Origin: an uncultured Acidobacteriota bacterium
GTDB lineage: Bacteria > Acidobacteriota > UBA6911
DNA length: 64,000 nt
Direction of reading: 5' to 3'
Assembly: GCA_963827655.1 (NCBI GenBank)
Contig: CAWHCF010000004.1
Coordinates: forward strand, 64,001 to 128,000
The notes beneath the pieces are model-generated. The model was not told where the DNA came from. It searched no databases and saw only the letters and a list, made by a program, of their open reading frames with translations. How positions within the stretch are numbered: position 1 is the first letter of the stretch; the number at the start of each line of letters is the position of its first letter. The position numbers and the translations under genes were made by a program. Positions 21,117 through 32,209 of this stretch are shown here, in pieces.

Positions 21117-21770
21117 TCATCTGGCGTCGCGCTCGATCGCGAGCGTGGCCGTTCTGTCCTCCCGGGTTTTGGTTCTCGATTTCAGCCGCAGCTCGGTACT
21201 CTTGAGCAGGTCCGTTTGGCCCTTCACCTCCTTGCCCTGAAGTAAAAGCACACGACCCCTCTCGAAATGGGCATCAGCGAATCGCGGGTTGATTCGCAAT
21301 ACCTTGCCATAGTCTGCGACGGCCCCTTTCAGGTCTCCTATAGCCTCTCGAACCTTTGCACGGTTGTAGTAGGCTGATTCCAGATCGGCGATGCGGATGG
21401 CGGCGCTGTAGTCGGCAGCCGCCCGCTCGAGATCACCCTTCCGAAACCAAGCGGCAGCGCGCCCCACGTAAGCCTGGGGCAGCCGCGGACTAATCGCGAC
21501 AGCCATAGTGAAGTCCGCAAGGGCCTGTTCGGCGCATCCAAGGGCAGACCAGGCGGCACCGCGGCCATTGTAGGCTTTAGCGAATTGAGGATTCAGTTCG
21601 ATGGCAGAGTTAAAATCAACAATGGCCCGGTCGAGGTCACCCTTTTCGAAACGCTCAGCCGCGCGTTGGTAATAGTCCTTCGCCGAACGAGGCTCTTTTG
21701 CCTGAGCTGCCGTTGCAGCAACGGCGAGCGAAAGAAGGACTGCCCAGAAACCCAATCGGCTTATCTCCAT
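21117..21770 (-). CDS. Secreted tetratricopeptide repeat protein
   Basis: RBS AGGAG, signal peptide, TPR units such as AIELNPQFAKAYNGRG and RINPRFADAHFERG. Confidence 0.85.
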   Translation of the reverse strand: MEISRLGFWAVLLSLAVAATAAQAKEPRSAKDYYQRAAERFEKGDLDRAIVDFNSAIELNPQFAKAYNGRGAAWSALGCAEQALADFTMAVAISPRLPQAYVGRAAAWFRKGDLERAAADYSAAIRIADLESAYYNRAKVREAIGDLKGAVADYGKVLRINPRFADAHFERGRVLLLQGKEVKGQTDLLKSTELRLKSRTKTREDRTATLAIERDAR

Positions 21771-22242
21771 GACAACTCCTCGTGTATCTCCACTTGTCTG
21801 CCGCATCGTGTCCGCCGCGGTTAGCCTCGGTTCCCTTCGGGGCTCGCGAGAGATCTTGCAAGCGTCATGCCAGAGCAAAGACGCTCGGGGGACGGGGGAT
21901 TACCTTCAGAAAAAGATGGGGTTACCGGAATCTGCGCGGCGTGTGCCTGCCCAGGTCAACCCGTCGATGTCTCCACGAACGGATAGTCCGACTATCCGAT
22001 GTGATAGCCCTCGGCTCTGCTGCCGTGTTTTGTCGGCTGTCTTCTCATCCCAGCTTGTGTTTAACCGCCGCACATAACGTTCAGACTGGCGTAGCTTCAG
22101 CCGACGTGGTAGGGCGTGAAGACCCGGATCCTAGCCTGGATGGGCTCAGCCCCAACTCTGTCTGCGATTCGGACGTGCTCGCTGGCCGGGAACGTAGAGT
22201 GGGAGAGGCCACAGGGCCGACGGTACGTAGCCCCGGCCCTAC

Positions 22243-22309
22243 GGGCTCGCGCAGAAATAACTTCACATTCTGGCGCGAGAGCCGCCGGTCAATCATGAAC
22301 CGGTTTCTG
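22243..22309 (-). mobile_element. MITE partial copy (one end)
   Basis: gggctcgcgcagaaataacttcacattctggcgcg..tcaatcatgaaccggtttctg matches the end of the other copies. Confidence 0.8.
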
Positions 22310-22321
22310 GATAGATGCTGG

Positions 22322-23350
22322 CTAAAACCCGCGCGGTCGCTTGAAGTAGATAATTGCCGAAGGATTGCCCGTTACTCCGAATCGCTCGCTCGCGGCCGGC
22401 GTCAGTTGCGCGCCGTTGTTGTCAAACCCGAGAATCACCAGCTCGGAGTTGAGCGCCAGACCCTCGGCCAACCCGAAGCGAGGGTCGGCGTCGTACAGCC
22501 CGCGTTCGGCAGACTCGTACGAGAATCTTGCCACCACCCTCATGCCGGCGGGATCGACCTTCGCGATCTGCCGGGCGCTGCGTTCCAACACGTAAAGGTG
22601 TCCCTTGTCGAATGCCAGGTCGGAGAAATCCGGAGCCACTCCGGCCGCGGTCCCCGTAGAAGCCGTTAACGGCTCCACCTGATCCATGCGCAGGACCTTC
22701 CAGTCCGTCATCCGGACTGTAAGGATCTCCCTCGGCGAACGCTCCTTGGCGATGTACATCAAGCCCTTCGCGCAATCGACGGCCACGCCCTCGAAACCGG
22801 CGTTGCTCCCTCCTTCCCGTACCTCCTTGAAGTCGCGAAGGTCGATGGGCATTCGTTCCACCTTTCCCGCCCTCACCCTGAGGATATGACGCGCCCGCTC
22901 GTTTGAAAGATAGATCGACCGGCCGCAGGAGCTCAGTCCCTCGAAGTCAATCAGGCGGTCCTTGGCCGGCACGTCGGCGTCGGTATCCAACGCGGCGATG
23001 TAATCGCGGTAGCCGCTCAGTGTGCCCACATCAAAGTGAGACTCGAGTTCGAACCTCTTGCCCATCTGACGCACGGCGTAGATTCCAAGGTCCTGGGGGC
23101 CGTCGGCGACGACGTGAAGACGGCCTTGGATAAACGCAGCGCCGCTGATTTCCTGCGACGAGGTGCCGAATGTGACGCGAATCACTTCCAGGGCGGTCAA
23201 CTCGGCCTTCGTCGAGGGCTGAAATCCGAATGAAAACCCGGCGACGAACAACCCCAGCACGAGCCGGCCGATCCCCCGGCTCAAGCGGTTGCTCGAAGCG
23301 TCGTCGGTCACCGTCGACGAATCTGGAGAATCCCAGCGTGCTGGCCTCAT
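22322..23350 (-). CDS. SdiA-regulated/YjiK-like beta-propeller protein, exported (start uncertain)
   Basis: EISG, DFEGL, NAGFEGVA, AKERSP, DFSDLA, GLAEGLA repeated blade motifs. Confidence 0.7.
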   Translation of the reverse strand: MRPARWDSPDSSTVTDDASSNRLSRGIGRLVLGLFVAGFSFGFQPSTKAELTALEVIRVTFGTSSQEISGAAFIQGRLHVVADGPQDLGIYAVRQMGKRFELESHFDVGTLSGYRDYIAALDTDADVPAKDRLIDFEGLSSCGRSIYLSNERARHILRVRAGKVERMPIDLRDFKEVREGGSNAGFEGVAVDCAKGLMYIAKERSPREILTVRMTDWKVLRMDQVEPLTASTGTAAGVAPDFSDLAFDKGHLYVLERSARQIAKVDPAGMRVVARFSYESAERGLYDADPRFGLAEGLALNSELVILGFDNNGAQLTPAASERFGVTGNPSAIIYFKRPRGF

Positions 23351-23640
23351 CAGTCAACGGGGCCGTGAATTACTTCGGGTTCTGCAGGACAATGCATTGG
23401 CTCATGATTTACGTCTGCTTGCCGATGTTCGCGAATGAGGGGGTTTACGTGGGCTGCATTGGGTATCTTCCCACAGCGGCGGGGATTTTACGACTGGCGA
23501 TTTTTTCGACACAGCGCTAACCGCGAAGGGACGAAGAGACAAAGAAACGCGAAGAGCGGCCCGGTCGGTTTGACTCCTTCCAAGATCGTGTGATAGCTTC
23601 TGCGCCGCAAATATCGAATTGTGAACCACCCTGAGAGTTC

Positions 23641-24099
23641 ATGGATCAACCGACGGCTGAATCGTGGATGCGGGAGGCATTAGACGAGGCTCGCAAAGCC
23701 GAAGCCGAGGGCGAAGTCCCCGTCGGCGCTGTACTGCTGATCAACGGTAAAATCGTCGGACGCGGCCACAATCACTCGATACGCTCATATGATCCCACGG
23801 CTCATGCGGAAATTCTCGCGCTGCGCCACGGCGGCCACAGCCTGCGCAACTATCGACTCCCCGGTTCCATACTCGTGGTCACGATAGAACCATGTGTCAT
23901 GTGCGTGGGAGCCATGATTCAGGCCCGGGTCGAGGAACTGATTTACGGTGCGCCCGACCCTAAAGCCGGCGCGATCGATTCCCATTTTCAACTGGCCAGC
24001 GCTTCGGCGCTCAATCATGCCATCCGGGTGGTTCCTGGAATTCTCGCAGATGAATGCGGGTCGCTGCTGCGAGCATTCTTCGACGCCCGCCGCAAATGA
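23641..24099 (+). CDS. tadA: tRNA adenosine(34) deaminase
   Basis: GEVPVGAV, DPTAHAE, TIEPCVMCVGAM, DPKAGA motifs. Confidence 0.93.
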   Translation: MDQPTAESWMREALDEARKAEAEGEVPVGAVLLINGKIVGRGHNHSIRSYDPTAHAEILALRHGGHSLRNYRLPGSILVVTIEPCVMCVGAMIQARVEELIYGAPDPKAGAIDSHFQLASASALNHAIRVVPGILADECGSLLRAFFDARRK

Positions 24100-24588
24100 G
24101 CATGCTGCTGTTTTCGAACCTAGCGTCTCACCTGCTCCTCATCAAGCTGATAGCGTTTGAATACCTGATAGGACCCGAATTGCGCTACAGACTGGAAATG
24201 GCTTCCGATATTGGCGGGGAAGGGAAAACGGTAATCTTCCAGACCGTTCGAAATCGATTGCACAATCTGGTACTCATCTCCGGGTGATGCGCCCTCGGCA
24301 CAACGGTCTGTGTTCGAGATTCCGTGCCGAGTCTCGGTGGTTACGAAGCAAAGGCCACCGCTGAGACGCGAAGACAGCAAGATCCTTTTGCGCTTGTAGC
24401 CTGTCCCGGTTTACGGTATCTAAGGGCTCGCGCAGAAACGAGGTGGGTATGGAATCGCCTGCTGTTTCGGACGGGAAGATGTTCATCCGGAGCTTCAAGC
24501 ATCTCTATTGCATCCCAGTAGGCACTTAAACAGCGGTGATCTTGCTTTACGCGCTCGCCGCCCCAAACGGACAGCAAAGCATCGACTG

Positions 24589-24837
24589 ATGAATCCAAGA
24601 AGGCTTTCACTGGCATTGCTCGTCTTAGTCCTGTACGTCCTGCACCAGGATTGGTGGAATTGGACGACAGCGCACCCGCTGATAGCCGGGTTTCTTCCCA
24701 TCGGGCTTTTCTACCACGCATGCTATAGCCTGGCGGCGGCCATTCTCATGGGCATACTCGTGAGATATGACTGGCCCTCCCACCTTGACCCAGGCGCGCA
24801 ATCCGCAGTCCGGAATCCCGAATCTGCAATCGAATAA
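24589..24837 (+). CDS. DUF3311-like small membrane partner of the sodium:solute symporter
   Basis: [20 protein letters not shown]; stop overlaps the symporter start (TAATG). Confidence 0.8.
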   Translation: MNPRRLSLALLVLVLYVLHQDWWNWTTAHPLIAGFLPIGLFYHACYSLAAAILMGILVRYDWPSHLDPGAQSAVRNPESAIE

Positions 24838-26462
24838 TGGTCCCGGTCCTCTTCGTCTTCCTCTACCTGGCCGTGGTTCTGTACATCGGAGTATTCGCCT
24901 ATCGAACATCAACCCATCGCAAGGAAGCCGAAGACTATTTCCTGGCCGGACGATCGCTAGGCGGGTTCGTGTTCCTGTTCTCACTCTTCGGCTCGCACAT
25001 GACGGCCTTTGCCATTCTTGGTTCATCCGGGCACGCGTTCAACAACGGTATCGTCACTTATGGGCTGATGGCCAGCTCTTCCAGTATCGTGGTTCCGGTT
25101 ACGCTTTTTCTTTTCGGCACCCGGCTCTGGTCCCTGGGCAAGCGGTTCGGATTCATGACGCTGGTCCAGATGTTTCGCGATCGATGGGAATGCAGTCACA
25201 TCGGGACGGTAATTTTCGCAGTGCAGGCGGCGTTGCTGGTCCCGTACATCATCATCGGAGTCATGGGAGGAGGAACAACCCTATCGTCGCTCAGCGGCGG
25301 CGCAATCCCTTTCTGGGTCGGCGGCGGTATCGTGGCGCTCGTCGTTATGAGTTACGTCTTTTTTGGCGGAATGAGGGGAACCGCATGGGTGAACACACTC
25401 CAGACCCTGCTGTTTTTGGCATTCGGCATGGTTGCGATCCTGGTGATTGGGAGAGGGATCGGGGGATTTCGAAGTGCGGTTGAGTCGCTGCTCGACGCAC
25501 CGGCGCTGGCATCACTGCTGACACGCGAGCGTGTCTCTCCTCTGTACTTCTTCAGTTATACTTTCATACCGCTCTCCGCGATGGCATTTCCTCACATCGC
25601 AATCTTCTGCTTTACCGCCCGACGACTTGAATCCTTCAAGCGAACGATCATTTTTTATCCTCTGTGCGTGCTGGCTATCTGGCTTCCCTGCGTATTTCTG
25701 GGCGTCATGGCCAACCGGGCGTCGGATCTCCCGCAGATTCGAATGAAACAGGAGGCCCGTACCACCCTGGCACTTCAAGGATCGAGCCTGGATGCAGATC
25801 AGCGCGGCCAGCTTCGTCAACAAATGGCGGGCGATGATGTCATGCTGCTTCTGTTGAATCGGTATGCGCCCCTGTGGCTGGCAGGGTTACTTGGCGCAGG
25901 AATCATGGCGGCGGTCATGGCAAGCGACTCGCAGATTCTGGCGTTGTCCACGATGTTCACGGAAGACGTGTTTGCGTTCTATGGTGGGAAGGAGCGTTAC
26001 GGAGAGGCGGTACAGGTCTTTACCGGACGCCTGTTCGTAATCATCCTGACTGTCATTGCTTATGCTATTGCGCTCCGGGCCTCGATTTCGATTTTCGAAC
26101 TGGCCGTCCAGTACGCTTTCTCGGGATATGCCGCTCTCTCTCCTATTCTTGCGGCCGCCCTGTTCTGGAAGAAGAGCACCAAATGGGGGGCTCTGGCAGC
26201 AACGGTGTGGGTGGCCGCATCCGTCGCGGGAGTGGCGATCTTGCAGCATGTCGTTCTGCCTCCCGCGCCAGGACCGGCTTCTGAAATCGTGGTCTGGTCC
26301 ATGATGGGGCTGAAGATTATCACCCGGACGGCCGGCGGAACCGCAGTTCTCGGATTCATGCCGGTGGTTCCGATGACTTTGATATCGGCCCTGCTTATGG
26401 TGGGGGTCTCGTGGTTCACGCCCCAGCCGGGGGAAGCGACGATTCGGCGTTACTTCAAGTAA
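24837..26462 (+). CDS. Sodium:solute symporter family protein
   Basis: [37 protein letters not shown]; many TM helices. Confidence 0.92.
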   Translation: MVPVLFVFLYLAVVLYIGVFAYRTSTHRKEAEDYFLAGRSLGGFVFLFSLFGSHMTAFAILGSSGHAFNNGIVTYGLMASSSSIVVPVTLFLFGTRLWSLGKRFGFMTLVQMFRDRWECSHIGTVIFAVQAALLVPYIIIGVMGGGTTLSSLSGGAIPFWVGGGIVALVVMSYVFFGGMRGTAWVNTLQTLLFLAFGMVAILVIGRGIGGFRSAVESLLDAPALASLLTRERVSPLYFFSYTFIPLSAMAFPHIAIFCFTARRLESFKRTIIFYPLCVLAIWLPCVFLGVMANRASDLPQIRMKQEARTTLALQGSSLDADQRGQLRQQMAGDDVMLLLLNRYAPLWLAGLLGAGIMAAVMASDSQILALSTMFTEDVFAFYGGKERYGEAVQVFTGRLFVIILTVIAYAIALRASISIFELAVQYAFSGYAALSPILAAALFWKKSTKWGALAATVWVAASVAGVAILQHVVLPPAPGPASEIVVWSMMGLKIITRTAGGTAVLGFMPVVPMTLISALLMVGVSWFTPQPGEATIRRYFK

Positions 26463-26479
26463 ACTCGGCAAGCTCCTTA

Positions 26480-26645
26480 GGGCTCGCGCAGAAATCAACT
26501 TCACATTCTGGCGCGAAAGCCGGCGGTCAATCATGAACCGGTTTCTGTTCGCTAAGCACGCTGAGGATCGCGCCCTTCGGCTACGACCCGAAGACCGGGA
26601 AGCACTAACAGCACTCGGTTGCGGGCCTCATGTCTGCGCGAACCC
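26480..26645 (-). mobile_element. MITE copy 2 (reverse orientation, internally deleted)
   Basis: TTA|GGGCTCGCGCAGAAATCAACTTCACATTCTG ... TCTGCGCGAACCC|TTA. Confidence 0.85.
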
Positions 26646-26725
26646 TTAGGGCCTCGGTGTCTTGGCGGTTTTTTCTTGGTATAGCTTTGCCGTGATGATA
26701 ATAATGTCGGCTTTTTGACTACTTT

Positions 26726-28063
26726 ATGCGCGATTCATCCGCAGCCGCGTCAGTCTCTCGTCTTACCCCAATCCAATGGCTGATCTGCGTAGTAGCCGCG
26801 ATCGGGTTTGCCTTCGACATCTACGAGTTGCTGATGCTCCAATTAATCGTGCGTCCGGCTTTGCTCGAATTGATAAATGCCAAGCCGGGCACGCCCGCGT
26901 TCAATTTATGGGTCGGCTTGCTCTTCTGGGTTCCCGCGATGGCCGGTGGGATCTTCGGCCTGATTGGAGGATACCTGACCGACCGGTTCGGGCGTCGAAG
27001 GGTGCTGGTCTGGAGCATTTTGCTCTATGCCTTTTCGGCATGCGCTGCGGGCTTCAGCACTTCGATCGTTGTCCTGCTGATCCTGCGCTGTACCACGTTT
27101 ATTGGAGTGTGCGTCGAGTTCGTAGCCGCTGTCGCCTGGTTGGCCGAGCTCTTCCCCAACCCCAAACAGAGAGAATCCGTGCTGGGGTATACGCAGGCGT
27201 TTTCGTCGCTGGGCGGCTTGATGGTGGGCCGCGCCTATTATCTGGCGGTGACGTATGGCAGTTCCCTGCCGGCTATCGCGGAGGGGCACGAAGCGTGGCG
27301 TTACACGCTGATCTCCGGCGTCATTCCTGCTTTGCCGCTGATCGTAATACGTCCGTTTCTGCCCGAATCACCCACCTGGCAGGAGAAAAAATCCAAGGGA
27401 ACCCTGAAACGGCCCAGCATCGGCGAAATTTTTACGCCTGCGTTCCGCACGACGACGCTGGTTACGGCCTTGATGTTCGCCTGTAGTTACGGGGCGGCCT
27501 TCGGGGCTATTCAGCAATCCTCGCAGATAATACCGGGGCTGCCGGAGGTGAGGGATCTGCCCCGGCCCGAGATAGAGAAAACCGTCAGCAATGTCCAGCA
27601 GTTTCAGGAAATCGGCGGGCTGGTAGGGCGCTTCCTTCTTGCTTTTCTGGCCGTTCGCATCGCATCCCGCCGGGCTCTTCTGCGCGTGTTCCAGGTGCCG
27701 GGGCTCGTGATTGTCCCGCTCGTGTTCATGTATCCGTCTAATCTAGAGACGTTCAAATGGGGTATTTTCCTCGCAGGACTGTTTACTGTCGGGCAGTTCA
27801 GTTTTTGGGGAAATTACTTGCCCAGGGTCTACCCCACCTACCTGCGCGGCACCGGGGAAAGCTTTGCCGCCAATGTCGGCGGTCGGATGGTAGGAACGTC
27901 GGCCGCGCTTCTAACCACACAGCTGGCGAACATCATGCCCGGCGCCGGCCCAGCGGCTCGTCTTGCCTATGCGGCCGCAATTGTCGCCTGCCTGGTCTAC
28001 GCTGTTGGACTCATCGCCAGTTTTCGGCTGCCCGAGCCACAAGAGGACAAATTGCCGGAATAA
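26726..28063 (+). CDS. MFS transporter
   Basis: GGYLTDRFGRRRVL motif A, LPESP, YPTYLRGTG. Confidence 0.93.
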   Translation: MRDSSAAASVSRLTPIQWLICVVAAIGFAFDIYELLMLQLIVRPALLELINAKPGTPAFNLWVGLLFWVPAMAGGIFGLIGGYLTDRFGRRRVLVWSILLYAFSACAAGFSTSIVVLLILRCTTFIGVCVEFVAAVAWLAELFPNPKQRESVLGYTQAFSSLGGLMVGRAYYLAVTYGSSLPAIAEGHEAWRYTLISGVIPALPLIVIRPFLPESPTWQEKKSKGTLKRPSIGEIFTPAFRTTTLVTALMFACSYGAAFGAIQQSSQIIPGLPEVRDLPRPEIEKTVSNVQQFQEIGGLVGRFLLAFLAVRIASRRALLRVFQVPGLVIVPLVFMYPSNLETFKWGIFLAGLFTVGQFSFWGNYLPRVYPTYLRGTGESFAANVGGRMVGTSAALLTTQLANIMPGAGPAARLAYAAAIVACLVYAVGLIASFRLPEPQEDKLPE

Positions 28064-28118
28064 CGGCAATCACCTTCGCCTCAGATTCTTCGCCGCGTAG
28101 ATTCTCTCCTCGAAGGGC

Positions 28119-28775
28119 ATGATCGCGAAATCTTCTCCCGACCCGCGACTCAGGTTTAACCCCCGAGCGCTTGGTCTGTTCGAGCCTTCACGAGCGTTTT
28201 ACCGCCGCGACACCGTTCAAGTAGCGCGCGACTTGATCGGAGCATGGTTTGCGAGGCGCTATCGAAATGCCTGGTACGGCGCGCGAATCGTCGAGACCGA
28301 GGCCTATCTCGGAACGGAGGATGCCGCCGCGCATTCATGGCGGGGACGGCGAACGGCGAGGGTGGAACCGATGTACGCCGATGGCGGGCACCTCTATGTT
28401 TTCCTGGTCTATGGCATGCATTACTGCGCGAATGTCGTGACCAGGGAGGAGGGTGTGCCCGAGGCGGTTCTCCTGCGTGCCGCCGAGGGCCCCGCAGGGA
28501 CTCCGGTCCGCTTGCTCTCGGGGCCGGGGCGGCTCTGCGCCGCGCTCGGCGTCACCGTCGCCTGGAGCGGCGCGGACCTGATCAAAAAGCGCGAGCCGCG
28601 CATCTTCTGCAGCGCCGGTTCCAGGCCGAGGATTGGAGTTTCACCGAGGATCGGAGTGGATTATGCGGGAGAGGCAAAGCTGTGGCGGCTCCGTTTCTTC
28701 GATCGGGACTCGCGGGCTGTCTCCGGCCCGGCAGCTCTGCGCAACCAAGACCTCGATTCAGGATTCAATGTCTAA
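28119..28775 (+). CDS. DNA-3-methyladenine glycosylase (MPG/AAG family)
   Basis: [44 protein letters not shown] motifs. Confidence 0.93.
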   Translation: MIAKSSPDPRLRFNPRALGLFEPSRAFYRRDTVQVARDLIGAWFARRYRNAWYGARIVETEAYLGTEDAAAHSWRGRRTARVEPMYADGGHLYVFLVYGMHYCANVVTREEGVPEAVLLRAAEGPAGTPVRLLSGPGRLCAALGVTVAWSGADLIKKREPRIFCSAGSRPRIGVSPRIGVDYAGEAKLWRLRFFDRDSRAVSGPAALRNQDLDSGFNV

Positions 28776-28860
28776 CAGAATCAACCGCGAAGACCCGAAG
28801 ACGCGAGGCGCCTGCGCAATATAGTAGAATTCATCAGTTAGCCGGGAAAGGAAGGTCCGT

Positions 28861-30009
28861 TTGGGAGATATCGACCTGCCCATCTCATTTCGAAGCGCCC
28901 TGGATAGCTTCACGCGAGATCTGACGGCGGCGGCCGCCCGGGACGAGCTCGAGCCGGTACGCTGCCGCGACCGGGAGATTGAGCGCGTCACTACGGTGCT
29001 CATGAGACAGTCGAAGAATAACCCGGTGCTGGTGGGCGAAGCCGGCGTGGGTAAGACCGCGATAGTCGAGGGATTGGCTCAGCGCGTCTCTTTGGGCCAG
29101 GTGCCAAACGTGCTCAAAGGCGCGCGCCTTCTTTCGCTCAGCCATGTAGATCTCATTGCCGGCACGATTTTCAGGGGCCAGTACGAAAAAAGGCTTCAGT
29201 CCGTCATACATGAGGCCTCGGCCGACCGCGGCGTGATTCTGTTCGTCGACGAGTTGCACAACTTGATCGGCGCCGGCTCGGCGTTGGGCGCGCCGATGGA
29301 TGCGGCCAACATGCTCAAGCCCGCGCTCGCAAGCGGACAGTTACACGTCATCGGCGCTACCACCGAAGCGGAGTACGAGCGATATATCTGCGGCGATGCA
29401 GCTCTTGAACGCCGCTTTCAGCCGGTAAAGGCAAACGAACTCGGCCGCGAAGAGACGGTCGACGTACTCCGGGCGCGACGCCCAAGACTCGAAATGCACC
29501 ACCTTTTCGCGATTGGCGACGACGCGCTTGAAGCTGCCGTCGATCTCTCCGTTCGCTACCTCCCGGACCGGCTGCAGCCTGACCGGTCCATCGACCTGCT
29601 CGACGAAACCTGCGCCCACGCCCGGCTTTCCCGTAAAGACGAGGCGCCTTCGCAGATACTCGAGCTTAAACGCGATCACGACCTGCTGGTCTCGCTCGAA
29701 AATCACATCATCGATAAAGCGCTGGCTCTGGCCGAAAGCAGAGGAACGCCGCTGGAGCGCTTTTCGCGCGGGACATTTAAAGTTATCGAAGCCATGGGCC
29801 TCGGGGTGGAGAAATTCCTGACCGGCCAGACCACGCCGCGACCGGCCCTGCCGCTGCCGGACAGCGTCCGCCGCCTTCAGAAGAGCAATCCGGCGGGAGG
29901 GCTCGCGCTGGTGCACTGCGAGCGGTTGCGGGTACAGGATCGGCTGAAGGCGTCGCTCGTCGAACATGGACGCATCATTTCCGCGGACCACATTCGAGCG
30001 AGACTGTGA
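28861..30009 (+). CDS. Truncated ClpB/ClpC-like protein with a single AAA+ module (NBD1 only)
   Basis: [58 protein letters not shown]. No Clp-N repeats and no second Walker A. Confidence 0.85.
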   Translation: MGDIDLPISFRSALDSFTRDLTAAAARDELEPVRCRDREIERVTTVLMRQSKNNPVLVGEAGVGKTAIVEGLAQRVSLGQVPNVLKGARLLSLSHVDLIAGTIFRGQYEKRLQSVIHEASADRGVILFVDELHNLIGAGSALGAPMDAANMLKPALASGQLHVIGATTEAEYERYICGDAALERRFQPVKANELGREETVDVLRARRPRLEMHHLFAIGDDALEAAVDLSVRYLPDRLQPDRSIDLLDETCAHARLSRKDEAPSQILELKRDHDLLVSLENHIIDKALALAESRGTPLERFSRGTFKVIEAMGLGVEKFLTGQTTPRPALPLPDSVRRLQKSNPAGGLALVHCERLRVQDRLKASLVEHGRIISADHIRARL

Positions 30010-30073
30010 TTTCTTTGCGTTCTTCTCTTTCGGCGGATTACCCCCAAAACGTCAGTACTACGGGAGCAGTGCG

Positions 30074-31345
30074 GTGAAGAGATATTGGACTGCAAGTGTG
30101 ATGGCGATCGTTCTATGCGCATCGAGCGTGGGCAGAAGTCAGAATTGGCCGCAGTTCCGCGGACCGGGAAGCCTGGGTGTTTCCGGTGAGAAGGGGTTAC
30201 CCATTCGGTGGAGCTCCAGCGACAATGTTTCCTGGAAGACGCCTCTCCCAGGGCCGGGCCATTCATCTCCCATTGTATGGGGCGACCGGATTTTTCTCAC
30301 TGCCTTTCAGCCCACCATTACCTCCCGCCTGCTGTCCTACATATCCTCCTCGCGAGATGGCAAGCTACTGGCCCTATGTCTCGACCGCAAGGATGGCAAG
30401 ATCCTCTGGGAAAGGAGTGTGCCCGCAAAGGCGATCGAGCAGGTGCACAGCACCAACAGTCCGGCTACCCCGACACCCGTGACTGACGGACGGTATGTAT
30501 ATTTCTATTTTGGTTCCTACGGACTCCTCTGCTACGACTTCAGCGGCAACAAAGTGTGGGAGCATCCCCTGGGACCCTTTCCGAATGAGTGGGGGAGCGC
30601 AAGCTCCCCGGTACTGTACCAGAACATGCTGCTGCTGAATTGCGATACCGATGGTGAAGATTTCCTGCTCGCGCTTGACAAGAACACGGGAAAGCAGCTG
30701 TGGAAGACTTCTCGCAATGGCGCAACTCGCGCCTGGCCCACGCCATTCGTCTGGGAGACGGGGGAGCGGAACGAAATCGTGGTCAGCGGCAGCCGCCATG
30801 TTCGTTCGTATGATCCAGCGGATGGAAAGTTGATCTGGACCGTGGACGGTCTGACTCAATGGGTGACCCCTACGCCGGTCGCGGCACACGGTCTCCTTTT
30901 CGTCAGCGCTAACGGCCCTGGCGGAGCCATCATCATGGCGATCCGGCCCGGTGGGCGCGGTAACATCACCGGCAGTCACGTCGTCTGGCGCCATGACAGG
31001 GCGGCTCCTTACAGCACCTCGCCCGTTGTTCTGGGTGACTACCTCTACGCGGTCAAGGAGGGGGGAATCCTGATCTGCCTTTCAGCAAAGACGGGAGAAC
31101 TGGTCTATCAAAAGCGACTGCCTGCGACCGGAAGTTATTATGCGAGTCCGATCGCGTCGGAAGGAAAAATCTACACCCTCAGCGAGCGAGGTGAGACGTG
31201 CGTGGTGGAAGAGGGCTCCGAGTTCAAGGTCCTTGCAACCAATGAGGTCGGGGAGCGATGCATGGCCAGTCCCGCCGTGTCGCGCGGCCAGATCTTCATC
31301 CGTTCGGACAGCACGCTGTTCGGGATTGGCGCGCCCGGATTGTAA
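30074..31345 (+). CDS. PQQ-binding-like beta-propeller protein, exported
   Basis: NWPQFRGP, GHSSPIVWGDRIFLT, TPVTDG, WGSASSP, ASPAVSRGQIFIRS. Start refined to GTG 30074. Confidence 0.88.
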   Translation: MKRYWTASVMAIVLCASSVGRSQNWPQFRGPGSLGVSGEKGLPIRWSSSDNVSWKTPLPGPGHSSPIVWGDRIFLTAFQPTITSRLLSYISSSRDGKLLALCLDRKDGKILWERSVPAKAIEQVHSTNSPATPTPVTDGRYVYFYFGSYGLLCYDFSGNKVWEHPLGPFPNEWGSASSPVLYQNMLLLNCDTDGEDFLLALDKNTGKQLWKTSRNGATRAWPTPFVWETGERNEIVVSGSRHVRSYDPADGKLIWTVDGLTQWVTPTPVAAHGLLFVSANGPGGAIIMAIRPGGRGNITGSHVVWRHDRAAPYSTSPVVLGDYLYAVKEGGILICLSAKTGELVYQKRLPATGSYYASPIASEGKIYTLSERGETCVVEEGSEFKVLATNEVGERCMASPAVSRGQIFIRSDSTLFGIGAPGL

Positions 31346-31552
31346 TGCTCGATTAGAGGTTGTTGCTGTATGCTCGCGCCTGGCCGCCAAAGATCATGTG
31401 AAGTTAAAGCTAGTTATCGAGCAACCAATAACATGCGGATGATTACCACGACCTACTGATTCCCCTAATTTTTCTCGTTCTTTGACTCTTTTGTGGTAAA
31501 TATTCAGAAGAAACCAAAACGCGAAGACACGGAATAACGAGTCGACGGAGAC

Positions 31553-32173
31553 ATGAGCATGAAACGCCGCGAGCTTTTTCGCCGGACTATCCTGGGGGCA
31601 GCCGGATCGGCCTTAACCTCGGCGCTTCCCGGCAATGCGATTGAACACGAGCCTGCGGCCCGGCAGTTTCCGCGTGATCACGACGCATCCAAGGATCTGT
31701 CCCGCTCGGACTGGAAACCCGTCTTCCTGGACGCGCATCAGAATGAAACCCTGATTGTCCTGAGCGACCTCATCATTCCCAAGACGGATACCCCGGGCGC
31801 CAGAGAGGCTCTGGTGAATCGCTTCATCGACCGTTTGCTTGCGGCGGAAGGGCACGAGACCAGGCGGGCTTTCCTGGCAAGCCTGACCTACGTGGATGGG
31901 GAAAGCATGACGCGTTACGGCGCCGCTTTCGTTCACCTCCCGGCGGAGCGCCAGGTAGAATTGTTGAAGTTCATAGCCTATCCTCACAGCCTGGCTACCT
32001 GGGGAGATAACCGGTCCGAATTCGGCGGGCATGCCCACTTTTTGAATCTGAAGAAGTGGATTAGCCAGGCGTATTACAGTTCTGAAATGGGCATGAAAGA
32101 GCTGGGTTGGGACGATAACGTCTTTCACGGCGATTTCGAAGGTTGTTCTCATCCGCAGGATAGCCACAAGTAG
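31553..32173 (+). CDS. Gluconate 2-dehydrogenase subunit 3 family protein, Tat-like signal
   Basis: KRRELF signal, DLIIPKTDTPGA..FID, AYYSSEMG; precedes the GMC flavoprotein. Confidence 0.87.
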   Translation: MSMKRRELFRRTILGAAGSALTSALPGNAIEHEPAARQFPRDHDASKDLSRSDWKPVFLDAHQNETLIVLSDLIIPKTDTPGAREALVNRFIDRLLAAEGHETRRAFLASLTYVDGESMTRYGAAFVHLPAERQVELLKFIAYPHSLATWGDNRSEFGGHAHFLNLKKWISQAYYSSEMGMKELGWDDNVFHGDFEGCSHPQDSHK

Positions 32174-32209
32174 CTCTGGCTTTGTGATCAGTTTCTGAGG
32201 AAGTCTAAA

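Noticed and set aside
22068-22095. Possible attC core (GCACATAAC / GTTATGT) upstream of the TPR gene
   Set aside because: No convincing complementary arm found.
21782-22669. 295-aa plus-strand ORF
   Set aside because: It spans repeats and overlaps two better-supported minus-strand regions; the composition is not protein-like.
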